The translations under genes and the position numbers were made by a program. The notes under the pieces are model-generated. The model searched no databases, was not told the DNA's origin, and worked only from the letters and a program-made list of their open reading frames with translations. From contig CAZRUR010000004.1 of assembly GCA_964603335.1 (NCBI GenBank), positions 160-64,159 on the forward strand: DNA of 64,000 nt, in the 5' to 3' direction. Below, piece after piece: positions 36,419 through 46,123 of this stretch (position 1 is its first letter; each line of letters opens with the position of its first letter). Source of the stretch: an uncultured Sangeribacter sp. (GTDB lineage: Bacteria > Bacteroidota > Bacteroidia > Bacteroidales > Muribaculaceae).

Positions 36419-36716
36419 AAAAAGTCTTTACTACTTATTCAGCCGCAAAGTTACAACTTTTTCAACGATTATCACCTATTCTCCCCATTATTTTATCCAC
36501 GAGCCACGCAAATTGCAACAGCTTTCTAAAAATATCAATCCTAATTTGCATTTTTATTTGGTTGGATATGATTTTTTTTGTAATTTTGCATCGCTTTTCG
36601 CGAAAAGTGGGTGAGGGAGAGAGCCCCAGAGCCATTGAGCTTTTTAAAGAAAGGCACAATTTTAATAATTCATCATTAATAATTAGTAATTACTAATTAT
36701 CTAAAACTCTCAAACA

Positions 36717-36992
36717 ATGCATCTTTCAACAGAAGAAAAGCAGAAACTTTTCGAAACCTACGGACAGGGCAAAACCGACACCGGTAGCCCCGAAAGCCAG
36801 ATTGCACTCTTCTCAGTGCGTATCAAACACCTTACAGAACACCTTAAGGCAAACCACAAGGACCACGCTACAGAGCGTGCCCTTAAGATGCTCGTAGGTC
36901 AGCGTCGTTCTCTCCTTGACTATCTGATGCGCAAGGATATCAACCGCTACCGCGCTATCGTAGCCAAGAAAGAACTCGGCATCCGTAAGTAA
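36717..36992 (+). CDS. rpsO: 30S ribosomal protein S15
   Basis: DTGSPESQIAL, HLK.NHKDH; upstream TAATTTTG promoter at 36581. Confidence 0.96.
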   Translation: MHLSTEEKQKLFETYGQGKTDTGSPESQIALFSVRIKHLTEHLKANHKDHATERALKMLVGQRRSLLDYLMRKDINRYRAIVAKKELGIRK

Positions 36993-37011
36993 TTCGGAAA
37001 GCACAACATCT

Positions 37012-37050
37012 AAAAAAAAGGCGACCCCCTTCCAGAGGTCGTCTTTTTTC
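37012..37050. terminator. Bidirectional terminator after rpsO
   Basis: A run-GGCGACC...GGTCGTC-T run. Confidence 0.75.
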
Positions 37051-37484
37051 TTGATAATTACGGATGTGAGAAGAACGATGGTTCCGCCTCATCTTTCAAT
37101 CTACCGGCATCGACGTCTGCAGATGTGGCTTCGTGCCACAGGAGACATACGGCCATCAATTAAAAATGCTCTGCGGGCTTCTGCGCGAGATGCCGACCAC
37201 ATTACCGCCGTGTGTGTTTTTCATATATATTAGTGGGCCTACGACCCTCATTATATCCCTGATAACGGGTCCGGAAAGGAAGGAATCCTCCTCTTTCACG
37301 CCTTCTTATCATTCCTAACCTTGGGCGTGCCCGGGTAGGTTCCCGTTTGTCAGTATAACACAGATTCGCGCCCCAGGGTTCACATTTCGGTATACATTAA
37401 CATTTTTTCTATACACATTAACATCCTTTTTCTTGCCATTTGCGAAAAATTTATTAATTTCGCAACAGAAAGCAGATACAAGAC

Positions 37485-37565
37485 GCAAACGTGGTGAAAC
37501 ACGTCGCTACAACAAATAAATTCTTACATAAACAGAGCAAACGTGCCAGAGGCACGTCCCTACAA
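37485..37565. repeat. Two REP-like hairpins ending in CTAC (GTAG on the minus strand)
   Basis: ACGTG-gtgaaa-CACGT-CGCTAC and ACGTGCC-aga-GGCACGT-CCCTAC. Confidence 0.6.
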
Positions 37566-37575
37566 ACAATCTTAC

Positions 37576-39609
37576 ATGAAAATTACAAGTTTACCCAAAA
37601 TCATGACCGCAGCGTTGCTGTCAACAGGCGCCATGCTCGCCGCATCGCCCGCCATCGCCCAGAGCAAATTCGATGCACAGTTTATCGACTATCCCGTCTA
37701 TAACGGAGATGACCTTGAACTTACCGTAGACGCTTCCGGCACACACTTCCGTCTATGGAGTCCTAAGGCCTCTGCAGTGCGCCTCAACCTCTATGACAAC
37801 GGCCACACCGGGGCTCCATATGAGGCCCTCGAGATGAAAGCTGCCGAGAACGGCACATGGACTGCCAGTGTGCCACAGAAACTCTATGGCAAATTCTACA
37901 CCTTCCAGGTGAACCAGGGAGGGAAATGGCTTGCCGAGACACCCGGCGTATGGGCCAAGGCAGTCGGGGTGAACGGCAACCGCGCCGCAATCATCGATTT
38001 CGCCAACACAAACCCCGCCGGATGGGACTCCGACAAGGGTCCGGAAGTGAAGAATTTCTCCGACGTGATTGTATATGAGATGCACCACCGCGACATTTCG
38101 ATGCACCCCTCTTCCGGAATCGCAAACAAGGGTAAATTCCTCGCCCTAACTGAGGAGGGCACCCTCTCACCCAACGGCGAGAAAACCGGAATTGACCATC
38201 TGAAAGAATTAGGTATCACACACGTGCATATTCTCCCCTCATACGACTTCAACTCTGTAGACGAGATGAATCTCCAAGACAACACCTACAACTGGGGTTA
38301 TGACCCTCTCAACTACAACGCACCTGAGGGCTCTTACTCCACCAATCCCTCTGACCCAGAGGCACGTGTGCGAGAGATGAAGGAGATGGTGAAGGCCCTC
38401 CACGATGCCGGTATCGGCGTCATAATGGACGTGGTCTACAACCATACGGCACAAAACGACGACTCAAACTTTGAGCTCACCGCACCGGGATACTACCACC
38501 GCCACTGGGACGACGGAAGTTATTCCGACGCCTCCGGTTGTGGAAACGAGACTGCCTCCGACCTCCAGCAGATGCGCGACTATATAATCAACTCTGTGAA
38601 ATATTGGGCCGACGAGTATCATATCGACGGTTTCCGTTTCGACCTCATGGCCATCCATGACACAGAGACAATGAACGAGGTGGCAGCCGAGCTGAAGAAA
38701 ATCAACCCATCCATCTACGTATATGGAGAAGGCTGGACAGCCGGAGATTCACCCCTTGCCGTGGAGCGTAGGGCGCTGAAAGAAAACGTGTCGAAGATGC
38801 AGGGTATAGCAGTCTTCTCCGATGACCTTCGCGATGCAGTGAAAGGGCACTACACCGATGCCTCCGACCGTGGCTTCGCCACCGGGAAACCCGGACTTGA
38901 AGAGACCGTTAAAATCGGTATCATCGCCGCCACAGCACATCCGCAGGTGGACTATTCTAAAGGGAACAACTCAAAGTTTGCATATGCCACCTCACCGGAG
39001 ATGATTGTGAACTATGTGTCTTGTCACGACGACCTGACTCTGACAGACAAACTTCACAAGTCGATGGAGGGGGAACCGGAGCAGAATATGCTCGATGCCG
39101 CCAAACTGGCACAGACAATCGTCTTCACGTCGCAGGGCACACCGTTCATGTTTGCCGGCGAGGAGATTTTCCGCGACAAGAAAGGGGTACACAACTCCTA
39201 CAAGAGCCCGGATTCCATCAACGCCATCGACTGGAACAACAAGACAAAATATCACGACCAGTTTGAATACTACAAGGAACTGATTGCACTGCGCAAGGCA
39301 CACCCGGCATTCCGCATGACATCAGCCGACCAGATTGCAAAGCATCTTGTGTTTGACAAGATTGACTCCGAGAAGACACCGAACCTTATCTCCTACTCAC
39401 TGAAAGACAACGCCAACGGTGATGAATGGAAAGAGATAAAGGTGGCGTTCAACGGTGCGTCACATCCGCAGGAAGTCAATATCAAGAAAGGTGACTGGAA
39501 TATTGTGGCGAAAGACGGCAAGCTGAAGCACGATGCCTCGCTCGGCACAACCAAAGGGGGAAAGATAACCCTCGCGCCCTATTCCGCACTGATACTCATG
39601 AGGGAATAA
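37576..39609 (+). CDS. pulA: Type I pullulanase (GH13), secreted
   Basis: Signal peptide; YNWGYDP, DVVYNH, DGFRFDLM, YGEGW, YVSCHD, NSYKSPD. Confidence 0.93.
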   Translation: MKITSLPKIMTAALLSTGAMLAASPAIAQSKFDAQFIDYPVYNGDDLELTVDASGTHFRLWSPKASAVRLNLYDNGHTGAPYEALEMKAAENGTWTASVPQKLYGKFYTFQVNQGGKWLAETPGVWAKAVGVNGNRAAIIDFANTNPAGWDSDKGPEVKNFSDVIVYEMHHRDISMHPSSGIANKGKFLALTEEGTLSPNGEKTGIDHLKELGITHVHILPSYDFNSVDEMNLQDNTYNWGYDPLNYNAPEGSYSTNPSDPEARVREMKEMVKALHDAGIGVIMDVVYNHTAQNDDSNFELTAPGYYHRHWDDGSYSDASGCGNETASDLQQMRDYIINSVKYWADEYHIDGFRFDLMAIHDTETMNEVAAELKKINPSIYVYGEGWTAGDSPLAVERRALKENVSKMQGIAVFSDDLRDAVKGHYTDASDRGFATGKPGLEETVKIGIIAATAHPQVDYSKGNNSKFAYATSPEMIVNYVSCHDDLTLTDKLHKSMEGEPEQNMLDAAKLAQTIVFTSQGTPFMFAGEEIFRDKKGVHNSYKSPDSINAIDWNNKTKYHDQFEYYKELIALRKAHPAFRMTSADQIAKHLVFDKIDSEKTPNLISYSLKDNANGDEWKEIKVAFNGASHPQEVNIKKGDWNIVAKDGKLKHDASLGTTKGGKITLAPYSALILMRE

Positions 39610-39637
39610 GAGACAAGCATCCAATTTTCTCAGACAC

Positions 39638-39682
39638 AAAAACATCCCGGCTCATAAATTTCATAAGCCGGGATGTTTTTTT
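39638..39682 (+). terminator. Terminator after pulA
   Basis: AAAAACATCCCGGCT...AGCCGGGATGTTTTTT. Confidence 0.8.
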
Positions 39683-39717
39683 ATGTAATCATGAAATGGA
39701 AACTTGAAATGGTCATT

Positions 39718-39903
39718 TCAGAAAGAATATCTTATGCCCAATGACAACACAAGTGTTTCTTTCACCACACCTTCATTCAGGAAAGGATAGTGAACTCTGA
39801 ACATGTATGAAAAATGTCCCCCGGTTTCCACATCGGCTTCTCCAAGAATGCCTACATTTATACGGTCGCCAAAACCACCCTTGATATTCACTTTTACAGA
39901 ATA
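39718..39903 (-). pseudogene. C-terminal remnant of an outer-membrane beta-barrel protein
   Basis: Manual translation ...RINVGILGEADVETGGHFSYMFRVHYPFLNEGVVKETLVLSLGIRYSF*; beta-signal-like end; in-frame stop just upstream. Confidence 0.5.
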
Positions 39904-40050
39904 TCATATGACAAATATAATCACTTTCGGGTATCCCTCAACATATATCATTATATCCCAATCGATTAATCTTTCATCAAGCAAAAAACGAGTGGAATTT
40001 TGTTTATAAATCCAACTCAACCGAAAGTAAAAAACGCACTCTATGGACAA

Positions 40051-40932
40051 TTAATCTATACGTTTTCCTCTACCTATCAATAGTAGTAACTCATTACTTC
40101 GAGGAGAGCCGCTTGCCTCTATTCTCTTTGTTAGCCTATTCATGCGAGTATAAAAGCTTGACATTTCAATCCCCATTATTTGACACACCGCCTCCTTTGA
40201 GAAACCCATGCAAAGCAACGCAACAATTCTTCTCTGATGAATATTAAGCCTTACAAAAACATAGACGTCTTCAAGAATTCTATTCGATATATTATTAATG
40301 TGGCCCTCCATACTCTGCAAGACATCCTCATCTTCCCGTAAAAATGTAAGTTGATCTGAAAGATGATTCAAAAGAATACTTTTACCTTTCTCCGAGCTGC
40401 CATGAAGATAATATTCCGCATGAAGTGCATCCAACTCACTAAACAACATTGACAACAAATCCGTTTCAAAATTTCCATTCTTTTTTGTAAATATTGCGCC
40501 TTCTTATTGTATACAACCTGTTCTCTTTTTAGGGAATCATTTTCATCAAGTAAATTTCTATTATCAGAATCAAGCTTGCTAATATGCTTCCTAATATCCA
40601 TATTCTCTCTGACCAGTTTCTCTTTATCAGATCTCAGTAGTTCTAAAAAGCCGCCTTGCTGATTGCAGTTTCAGCAGTATCCTCATGATATGTTTTATCA
40701 TGAACTTCTGCTGAAAATAACGCGTAGTAATGTCTATCGTCTTCACTGTCTAACCGTGAGATGTCATATCCCTCGAATCGATGCCACTCAGAATCTGGAT
40801 AAACATTTAGCAATGAATCAATTTCAGAAAGTTCTTTAGAATATAAAGGACCTCTACAACCAGGAAACAGAATCTCCGCCGTCAAAACTGCTATACTAAA
40901 AAATATGAAAAAATTGTATTATGTCTTCTCAT
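40051..40932 (-). pseudogene. Fragmented membrane-anchored regulator (helical N-region, C-terminal LuxR-like HTH)
   Basis: Three broken AT-rich ORFs: EIDSLL..YPDS...YYAL N-terminal piece, coiled-coil piece, and CMGFSKEAVCQIMGI..SSFYTRMNRL HTH-like piece. Confidence 0.55.
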
Positions 40933-40939
40933 AAGAAAT

Positions 40940-42193
40940 CTATAAAACTATATGGCCGACGAGGCGGTCGGCGCGGGAGCCGGGGAGCCGGAGCCAGACC
41001 ATGACGAGGTATTCGTTGCTTGTCTCGTATTTGTTGCCTTCTATCACCGAGGGGTCGGGATAACCGCCATTCCGGGGGGCTACCACGTATTGATAGTTGT
41101 AGCTTCCCTGTTTGAGGGGGATGTCGGCGGTGTATAGTCGCGTGTTGTAGTCGTAGCGCATTCGGTTGGAGTCATCGAGCCGGTGGAGGGAGAAATCGCC
41201 CTCGACATATACGTCGCCGCCTATGATCTCAGGGGAGCCGAGGGTGAAATGCACCGTTACATAGTCGGCACCGAGGTCGGGGTCGGTGGAGTTGTATTCG
41301 TCAATCATGAACCGGCCATGTTGGGTCTGGTCGTAGACATAGTCGCGGTTGACACGCGGGGCATCGGGCATCAGCCATGCGTGCCAGTTGGAACCTCCGA
41401 ATTTCACGGAATCCACGTGCATTCCGGCATAGTCGGCACGGACAGTCTCGAACCGGCGGTATTCATTGACAGCCGGATAGATTAGTGCGGGGTCATGGTC
41501 GAAGATGATTGTGGCGCCATCCACACGCAGGGGATGAGAGACCGTGCGCATGGTCTCGGGACGGTTGTTCTGCATTACAGTAACGAGGAAATCCTGATAG
41601 GGGTTGTAGCGTCCGCCACCGGCATCGACACCGATGGTCAGTTGCTGGAATTCGGTGTTGAAGCCCTGGTCGGTGCGGGTAGTGAGACTGCCATTCACAG
41701 GGAATGCGTTCTCGCTGACGGAGAAGCGGGCCTGTAGTATTGGCTCGTCGGGTTCACCTTCTGGATACACCTGCAGGAGATAGTTCCCGCAGACAATAGG
41801 CTGCATGTATGGGTTTGGTATCTCTATGTTGTAGTTCACATAATGCACGAAAGTGTTGGAGGAGAAGGCATAGTCGGTGACCTCTGCCTCATTGAAGCCT
41901 TCTACGTATTCTGTCTCGAGCAGCCGCGACGGTTGCCAATCGGCATTGCAATGGATAATCCTGTAGCGAAGATATTCGTAGTCGTCACCCATGATGTCAA
42001 AATTGACTAACAGACGGTCTGCCGTGCCAAGCCTAATCACCGCCGGGCTCATAAATAAATCCGGATTCTCCACCTTCAGCGTCCGCACATCACTACGAAA
42101 CACTGCCGTCGACGTGTTCTCCACTGCATGACATTGTATCGCAAAAAACACAGCGGTAACCAACGTTATAAACTTATAAACTCTTAAACTCAT
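40940..42193 (-). CDS. DUF5103 / T9SS plug-like protein
   Basis: YRIIHCNADWQPS.L...EY..GFN; SSNT...YVNY; NEYRRFE; LKQGSYNYQY; EGNKYETSNEY. Confidence 0.8.
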   Translation of the reverse strand: MSLRVYKFITLVTAVFFAIQCHAVENTSTAVFRSDVRTLKVENPDLFMSPAVIRLGTADRLLVNFDIMGDDYEYLRYRIIHCNADWQPSRLLETEYVEGFNEAEVTDYAFSSNTFVHYVNYNIEIPNPYMQPIVCGNYLLQVYPEGEPDEPILQARFSVSENAFPVNGSLTTRTDQGFNTEFQQLTIGVDAGGGRYNPYQDFLVTVMQNNRPETMRTVSHPLRVDGATIIFDHDPALIYPAVNEYRRFETVRADYAGMHVDSVKFGGSNWHAWLMPDAPRVNRDYVYDQTQHGRFMIDEYNSTDPDLGADYVTVHFTLGSPEIIGGDVYVEGDFSLHRLDDSNRMRYDYNTRLYTADIPLKQGSYNYQYVVAPRNGGYPDPSVIEGNKYETSNEYLVMVWLRLPGSRADRLVGHIVL

Positions 42194-42208
42194 AAACTCA
42201 TAAACTTT
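42169..42208. repeat. TAAACTCA 8-bp array, 5 units
   Basis: TAAACTTA TAAACTCT TAAACTCA TAAACTCA TAAACTTT abutting the ung stop. Confidence 0.88.
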
Positions 42209-42876
42209 CACCACTCAATCGGAGTCTTCCCATGAGCAATAAGATATTCGTTGGCTTTACTGAAATGATGGTTCCCGAAAAAACCGCGGTAGGCGGAGAG
42301 TGGCGACGGATGTGGCGATGTCAGCACGAGATGACGGCTACGGTCAACCTGCGCACCCTTTCGGATGGCATCGCTTCCCCAGAGCATAAACACAAGATTC
42401 TCTTTCTCTTCCGCAAGACGCGCCACGGCAGCATCCGTAAACTGTTCCCAACCAATTCCAGAATGTGACTTGGGGCGGTGTGCCAACACCGTCAGGGAAG
42501 AGTTTAGCAACAGCACACCTTGTCGTGCCCACCTCGACAGGTCTCCGTTGGCAGGCATGGGTGCACCCGTGTCGTCACAGACTTCCTTGAATATGTTGAT
42601 TAGTGACGGAGGCATCTGCACTCCCGGAGCCACTGAGAAACAGAGTCCGTTGGCCTGGCCGGGGCCATGATAGGGATCCTGACCGATGATGACCACCTTT
42701 GTTTCATCAAACGGAGATGCATCGAATGCCGCGAAAATCTCACGTCCCGGAGGGTAAACGGCAAGCGATGGATCGGCGTAATCACATCGCACCTTGTCGG
42801 TAAGTGCCACAAAATAAGGCTTTTCAAATTCCGTAGAGAGTGCTTGTCTCCACCCATCCTCTATCTTGACATTCAT
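42208..42876 (-). CDS. ung: Uracil-DNA glycosylase
   Basis: GQDPYH, PPSL.NI, GVLLLN, HPSPLS. Confidence 0.97.
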   Translation of the reverse strand: MNVKIEDGWRQALSTEFEKPYFVALTDKVRCDYADPSLAVYPPGREIFAAFDASPFDETKVVIIGQDPYHGPGQANGLCFSVAPGVQMPPSLINIFKEVCDDTGAPMPANGDLSRWARQGVLLLNSSLTVLAHRPKSHSGIGWEQFTDAAVARLAEEKENLVFMLWGSDAIRKGAQVDRSRHLVLTSPHPSPLSAYRGFFGNHHFSKANEYLIAHGKTPIEW

Positions 42877-42953
42877 TTTTAAGTTCTTGGTCGTTAGTTG
42901 TTGATTTGCAAAGTTCGCAAAAAAAGATTAACTTTGCAAGCAAATACATAAGA

Positions 42954-43025
42954 GTCTCCATAGTTCAATGGATAGAATATCGGATTCCGGTTCCGACGAT
43001 TAGGGTTCGACTCCCTATGGAGATA
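42954..43025 (+). tRNA. tRNA-Arg (anticodon CCG)
   Basis: Acceptor GTCTCCA/TGGAGAT, D-arm GTTCAATGGATAGAAT, anticodon arm TCGGA-TTCCGGT-TCCGA, T-arm TAGGG-TTCGACT-CCCTA; TAACTTTG promoter at 42929. Confidence 0.93.
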
Positions 43026-43239
43026 CAACACAAAAACGTCAATTGTCTATAAACAAGACAATTAAGACTATTTTTAATTCTATTTAAACAACATTTTGCA
43101 CCACGTTAAACAACATATCAACCTTAACAAAACCATAAACTATTTTTATAAATTCAGGTCACATCACTCTATTAATATATTTTAAGAATCTTTAACAACG
43201 TATTTGTGAACTTTTTTACAGAATAAGTTGTACCTTTGC

Positions 43240-43341
43240 ACCGTAGATTAAACATCTGCAATCCTAACATGTAAGAATTTATTTAGTTAAGCAAAAGTGG
43301 AAGTGGTCTGATTGGGAAATCCGACCACTTTCCCATTTTTT
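43240..43341 (+). ncRNA. Candidate ~100-nt small RNA or attenuator leader
   Basis: TACCTTTG at 43231-43238, no ORF, ends in GGAAGTGGTC...GACCACTTTCC-A-TTTTTT terminator. Confidence 0.5.
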
Positions 43342-43392
43342 AGACTGCTTTTATTCTTACACCGTTATTAATCTGTAAATATACTGACACTC

Positions 43393-43974
43393 ATGCTTTT
43401 GATAAAAGACACACTCGTTTCTCTCGACCTTATCGAACGTTTCTTCGTTTGCGATCTTGACACTTGTCTTGGTGAATGTTGCATCGATGGCGACGCAGGC
43501 GCCCCTCTCCTGCAATCGGAAAAAGAGGAAATCGACAAACATATGGACCAGATCCTTCCACTTCTCGATCCACTTGCCCAAAAGATTATCAAGGAAGAGG
43601 GCTCAAGCTACATAGACCCGGATGGCGACCTCGTCACCCAGATTGTAGAGGGCAGAGACTGCGTTTACACTACATATGCCGAAGGAGGAAAATGCCTTTG
43701 CGCTCTCGAGAAAGCATATCGTGAGGGGAAACTGCCACAACTTAAGCCATCTTCATGCCATCTATACCCGGTAAGGCTGAAAGCTTATGGCGACAAGACA
43801 GCCGTCAATGTCCACAGATGGAAAATATGCAAATGTGCTGAGATCCTCGGCCGTAAGGAAGGAATTAGGGCATACGAATTTCTCAAAGGACCTCTGATAA
43901 GAAAATTCGGACAGGAATGGTATGACGAATTGAAAACAGTCGCCACTCAATGGCTCGTCCAACATCCCAACTAA
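43393..43974 (+). CDS. DUF3109 family Cys-rich protein
   Basis: FVCDL..C.GECCIDGDAGAPL; KPSSCHLYPVR; PLIRKFG.EWY. Confidence 0.88.
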   Translation: MLLIKDTLVSLDLIERFFVCDLDTCLGECCIDGDAGAPLLQSEKEEIDKHMDQILPLLDPLAQKIIKEEGSSYIDPDGDLVTQIVEGRDCVYTTYAEGGKCLCALEKAYREGKLPQLKPSSCHLYPVRLKAYGDKTAVNVHRWKICKCAEILGRKEGIRAYEFLKGPLIRKFGQEWYDELKTVATQWLVQHPN

Positions 43975-43998
43975 ATTCTCCCATTCTACCCTATTGCC

Positions 43999-45453
43999 CT
44001 ACAACAATGGTGATATGAGTCGCAGCAATGACTCAAGGAAACGCTGGTGAAGAGGTCGGTGGCGCCATGTCTCAAGTGTAAGTTTGCGGCACTTGCTTAT
44101 GTCTTCGAAGAAGATTCCACGCATCTTCTCATTGACTCCCTTGTCGTAGATAAGCAGGTTACACTCGAAATTATTCTCAAAACTTCGGAAATCAAAATTG
44201 GTTGAGCCAGCCGTGACAAAGGTGTCATCAATCATCATCGCCTTCGCATGAAGCATTCCCGGCTGATAAAGATAGATCTTGATCCCCGCCTTCAGGCATT
44301 GCGTCACATAAGAAAACGAGGAATAGCGAAGCAGCTTGCTGTCGGTCTTCTCCGGCATCATTATCCTTACGTCTATCTTGGAAAGAGCGGCTGCCTGAAG
44401 GGCGTTGAGCAACGCATCCGTCGGCAAGAAATATGGGGTCTGGATAAACACTGTCTTGCGTGCAGAGAGTATCGCCTTTAGGAAACAAAGGCTAAGATTG
44501 TTCCATTTGTCGATAGGACCGCTCGTGATAAGCTGCACCCCGATATTATTTTCCAACTTACCACGTATCGGATCTACTTTGGGAATATACTGCTCCTTCT
44601 TAAGGAAATTCCAATCAATGGCAAAGGAATATATCAATGATTCTACAATATCTCCACGCACACGGAAATGTGTATCTCGCCACACTTCCCCATCCTGAAG
44701 TCCGGAGATATATCTGTCGGCAATGTTCATGCCTCCGATATAACCAATCTCGCCATCTATCACCACAATTTTCCTATGGTTGCGCCAATTTATTCTGTTG
44801 GCAAGTTGAGGGAAATTCACCCTGAAGAAAGGATGTGTCTCTACCCCGGCCTCCTCCATTCTTCTGAAAAACTTTCTTCGTGCCGAGAAGCTCCCAACAT
44901 GATCATATATCACCTTGACATCCACTCCATTCTTGGCTCTGTCGATAAGTATATCTGATATTTCCCTTCCGATATTGTCGTCAAGGAAGATATAGTATTG
45001 CAGGAGAATGGATTTTTTTGCATTCTTGAGGTCATTTTTAAGAGCATCAAACTTTGAGACCCCATCTGTGAAGATATCAATCTCATTGTTGACAGAAAGA
45101 GGACTGCCACTCAGGTTATGTGTGAGTTTCACCAGGTTACGGTTCTCTGGAGATATCTCAAGAGTTGTGACATCAACACGCTTTGGTGTATGCCGATGCA
45201 TCATAAGCTTGCGCTTGTTGTGACGCGATATCATGGTTAATCCACGCAGGCTTCTGCCGAAAAAAAGATAGAAAATAAGGCCCACCCCCGGCAAGAAAAT
45301 AAGGGCAATAATCCAAGAGAGCGCACGTATGGGATTGCGGTTCTCGCGAAGCACCACAACTACGGCCGATATAATCATAGCCACATAGAGCGCAACCAAC
45401 AGGAAAGCCAGCCAGCTGCTAAGCAATATGGTTTCCGGTATTTTCATAAGCAC
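43999..45453 (-). CDS. cls: Cardiolipin synthase
   Basis: Two HKD motifs (NHRKIVVID, LHAKAMMID); N-terminal TM helices. Confidence 0.94.
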   Translation of the reverse strand: MLMKIPETILLSSWLAFLLVALYVAMIISAVVVVLRENRNPIRALSWIIALIFLPGVGLIFYLFFGRSLRGLTMISRHNKRKLMMHRHTPKRVDVTTLEISPENRNLVKLTHNLSGSPLSVNNEIDIFTDGVSKFDALKNDLKNAKKSILLQYYIFLDDNIGREISDILIDRAKNGVDVKVIYDHVGSFSARRKFFRRMEEAGVETHPFFRVNFPQLANRINWRNHRKIVVIDGEIGYIGGMNIADRYISGLQDGEVWRDTHFRVRGDIVESLIYSFAIDWNFLKKEQYIPKVDPIRGKLENNIGVQLITSGPIDKWNNLSLCFLKAILSARKTVFIQTPYFLPTDALLNALQAAALSKIDVRIMMPEKTDSKLLRYSSFSYVTQCLKAGIKIYLYQPGMLHAKAMMIDDTFVTAGSTNFDFRSFENNFECNLLIYDKGVNEKMRGIFFEDISKCRKLTLETWRHRPLHQRFLESLLRLISPLL

Positions 45454-45601
45454 GGGCTACAAATTTGTCTTAATGACGCCGCTAAATTAACGAAAACTTT
45501 GGAATAATGCAAGAGCGATATGACTATATGGCTGAATAAAAACAAGAGCGGCAGCCCCGTAAAGGACCCACCGCTCTATAGAAATGAGAGTAGAATCTGA
45601 T

Positions 45602-46117
45602 TTATTCTGCCTTTGGAGCCTCAGCAGCAGGAGCCTCAGCAGCGGGAGTCTCAGCAGCAGGAGCCTCAGCAGCTGGAGCCTCAGCAGCGGCGCTCTTTTT
45701 GCGACGGCTGCGGCGAGTGGTCTTCTCCTTCTTGCCGGCTGCCTCACCAAGCATATTCTCATTGAAGTCTACAAACTCAATCATAGCCATCTCAGCGTTG
45801 TCGCCAAGACGATGACCCGTCTTGAGGATGCGGAGATAACCGCCGGGACGGTCTGCAACTTTTTCAGCAACCACGCCGAAAAGTTCTTTGATAGCCTCCT
45901 TGTTCTGAAGGTGGCTGAAGACGAGGCGACGGTTTGCCATATCGTCGGTCTTTGACCTCGTGATAAGCGGCTCAGCATATACGCGGAGAGCCTTTGCCTT
46001 TGCCAGAGTCGTATTGATTCTCTTATGCAGGATAAGAGAGATCGTCATATTTGAAAGCAACGCGTCGCGATGACCTTTCTTACGACTGAGGTGGTTGAAT
46101 TTTCTATTGTGTCTCAT
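45602..46117 (-). CDS. rplQ: 50S ribosomal protein L17
   Basis: [10 protein letters not shown]; RPGGYLRI; AAEAP tail. Confidence 0.96.
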   Translation of the reverse strand: MRHNRKFNHLSRKKGHRDALLSNMTISLILHKRINTTLAKAKALRVYAEPLITRSKTDDMANRRLVFSHLQNKEAIKELFGVVAEKVADRPGGYLRILKTGHRLGDNAEMAMIEFVDFNENMLGEAAGKKEKTTRRSRRKKSAAAEAPAAEAPAAETPAAEAPAAEAPKAE

Positions 46118-46123
46118 CGTTGT

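Noticed and set aside
43026-43200. Integrated element at tRNA-Arg
   Set aside because: AT-rich with a hairpin, but no integrase and no duplicated tRNA 3' end seen in the window
45605-45690. 15-bp repeats at the rplQ 3' end
   Set aside because: They encode the AAEAP tail common in Bacteroidota L17
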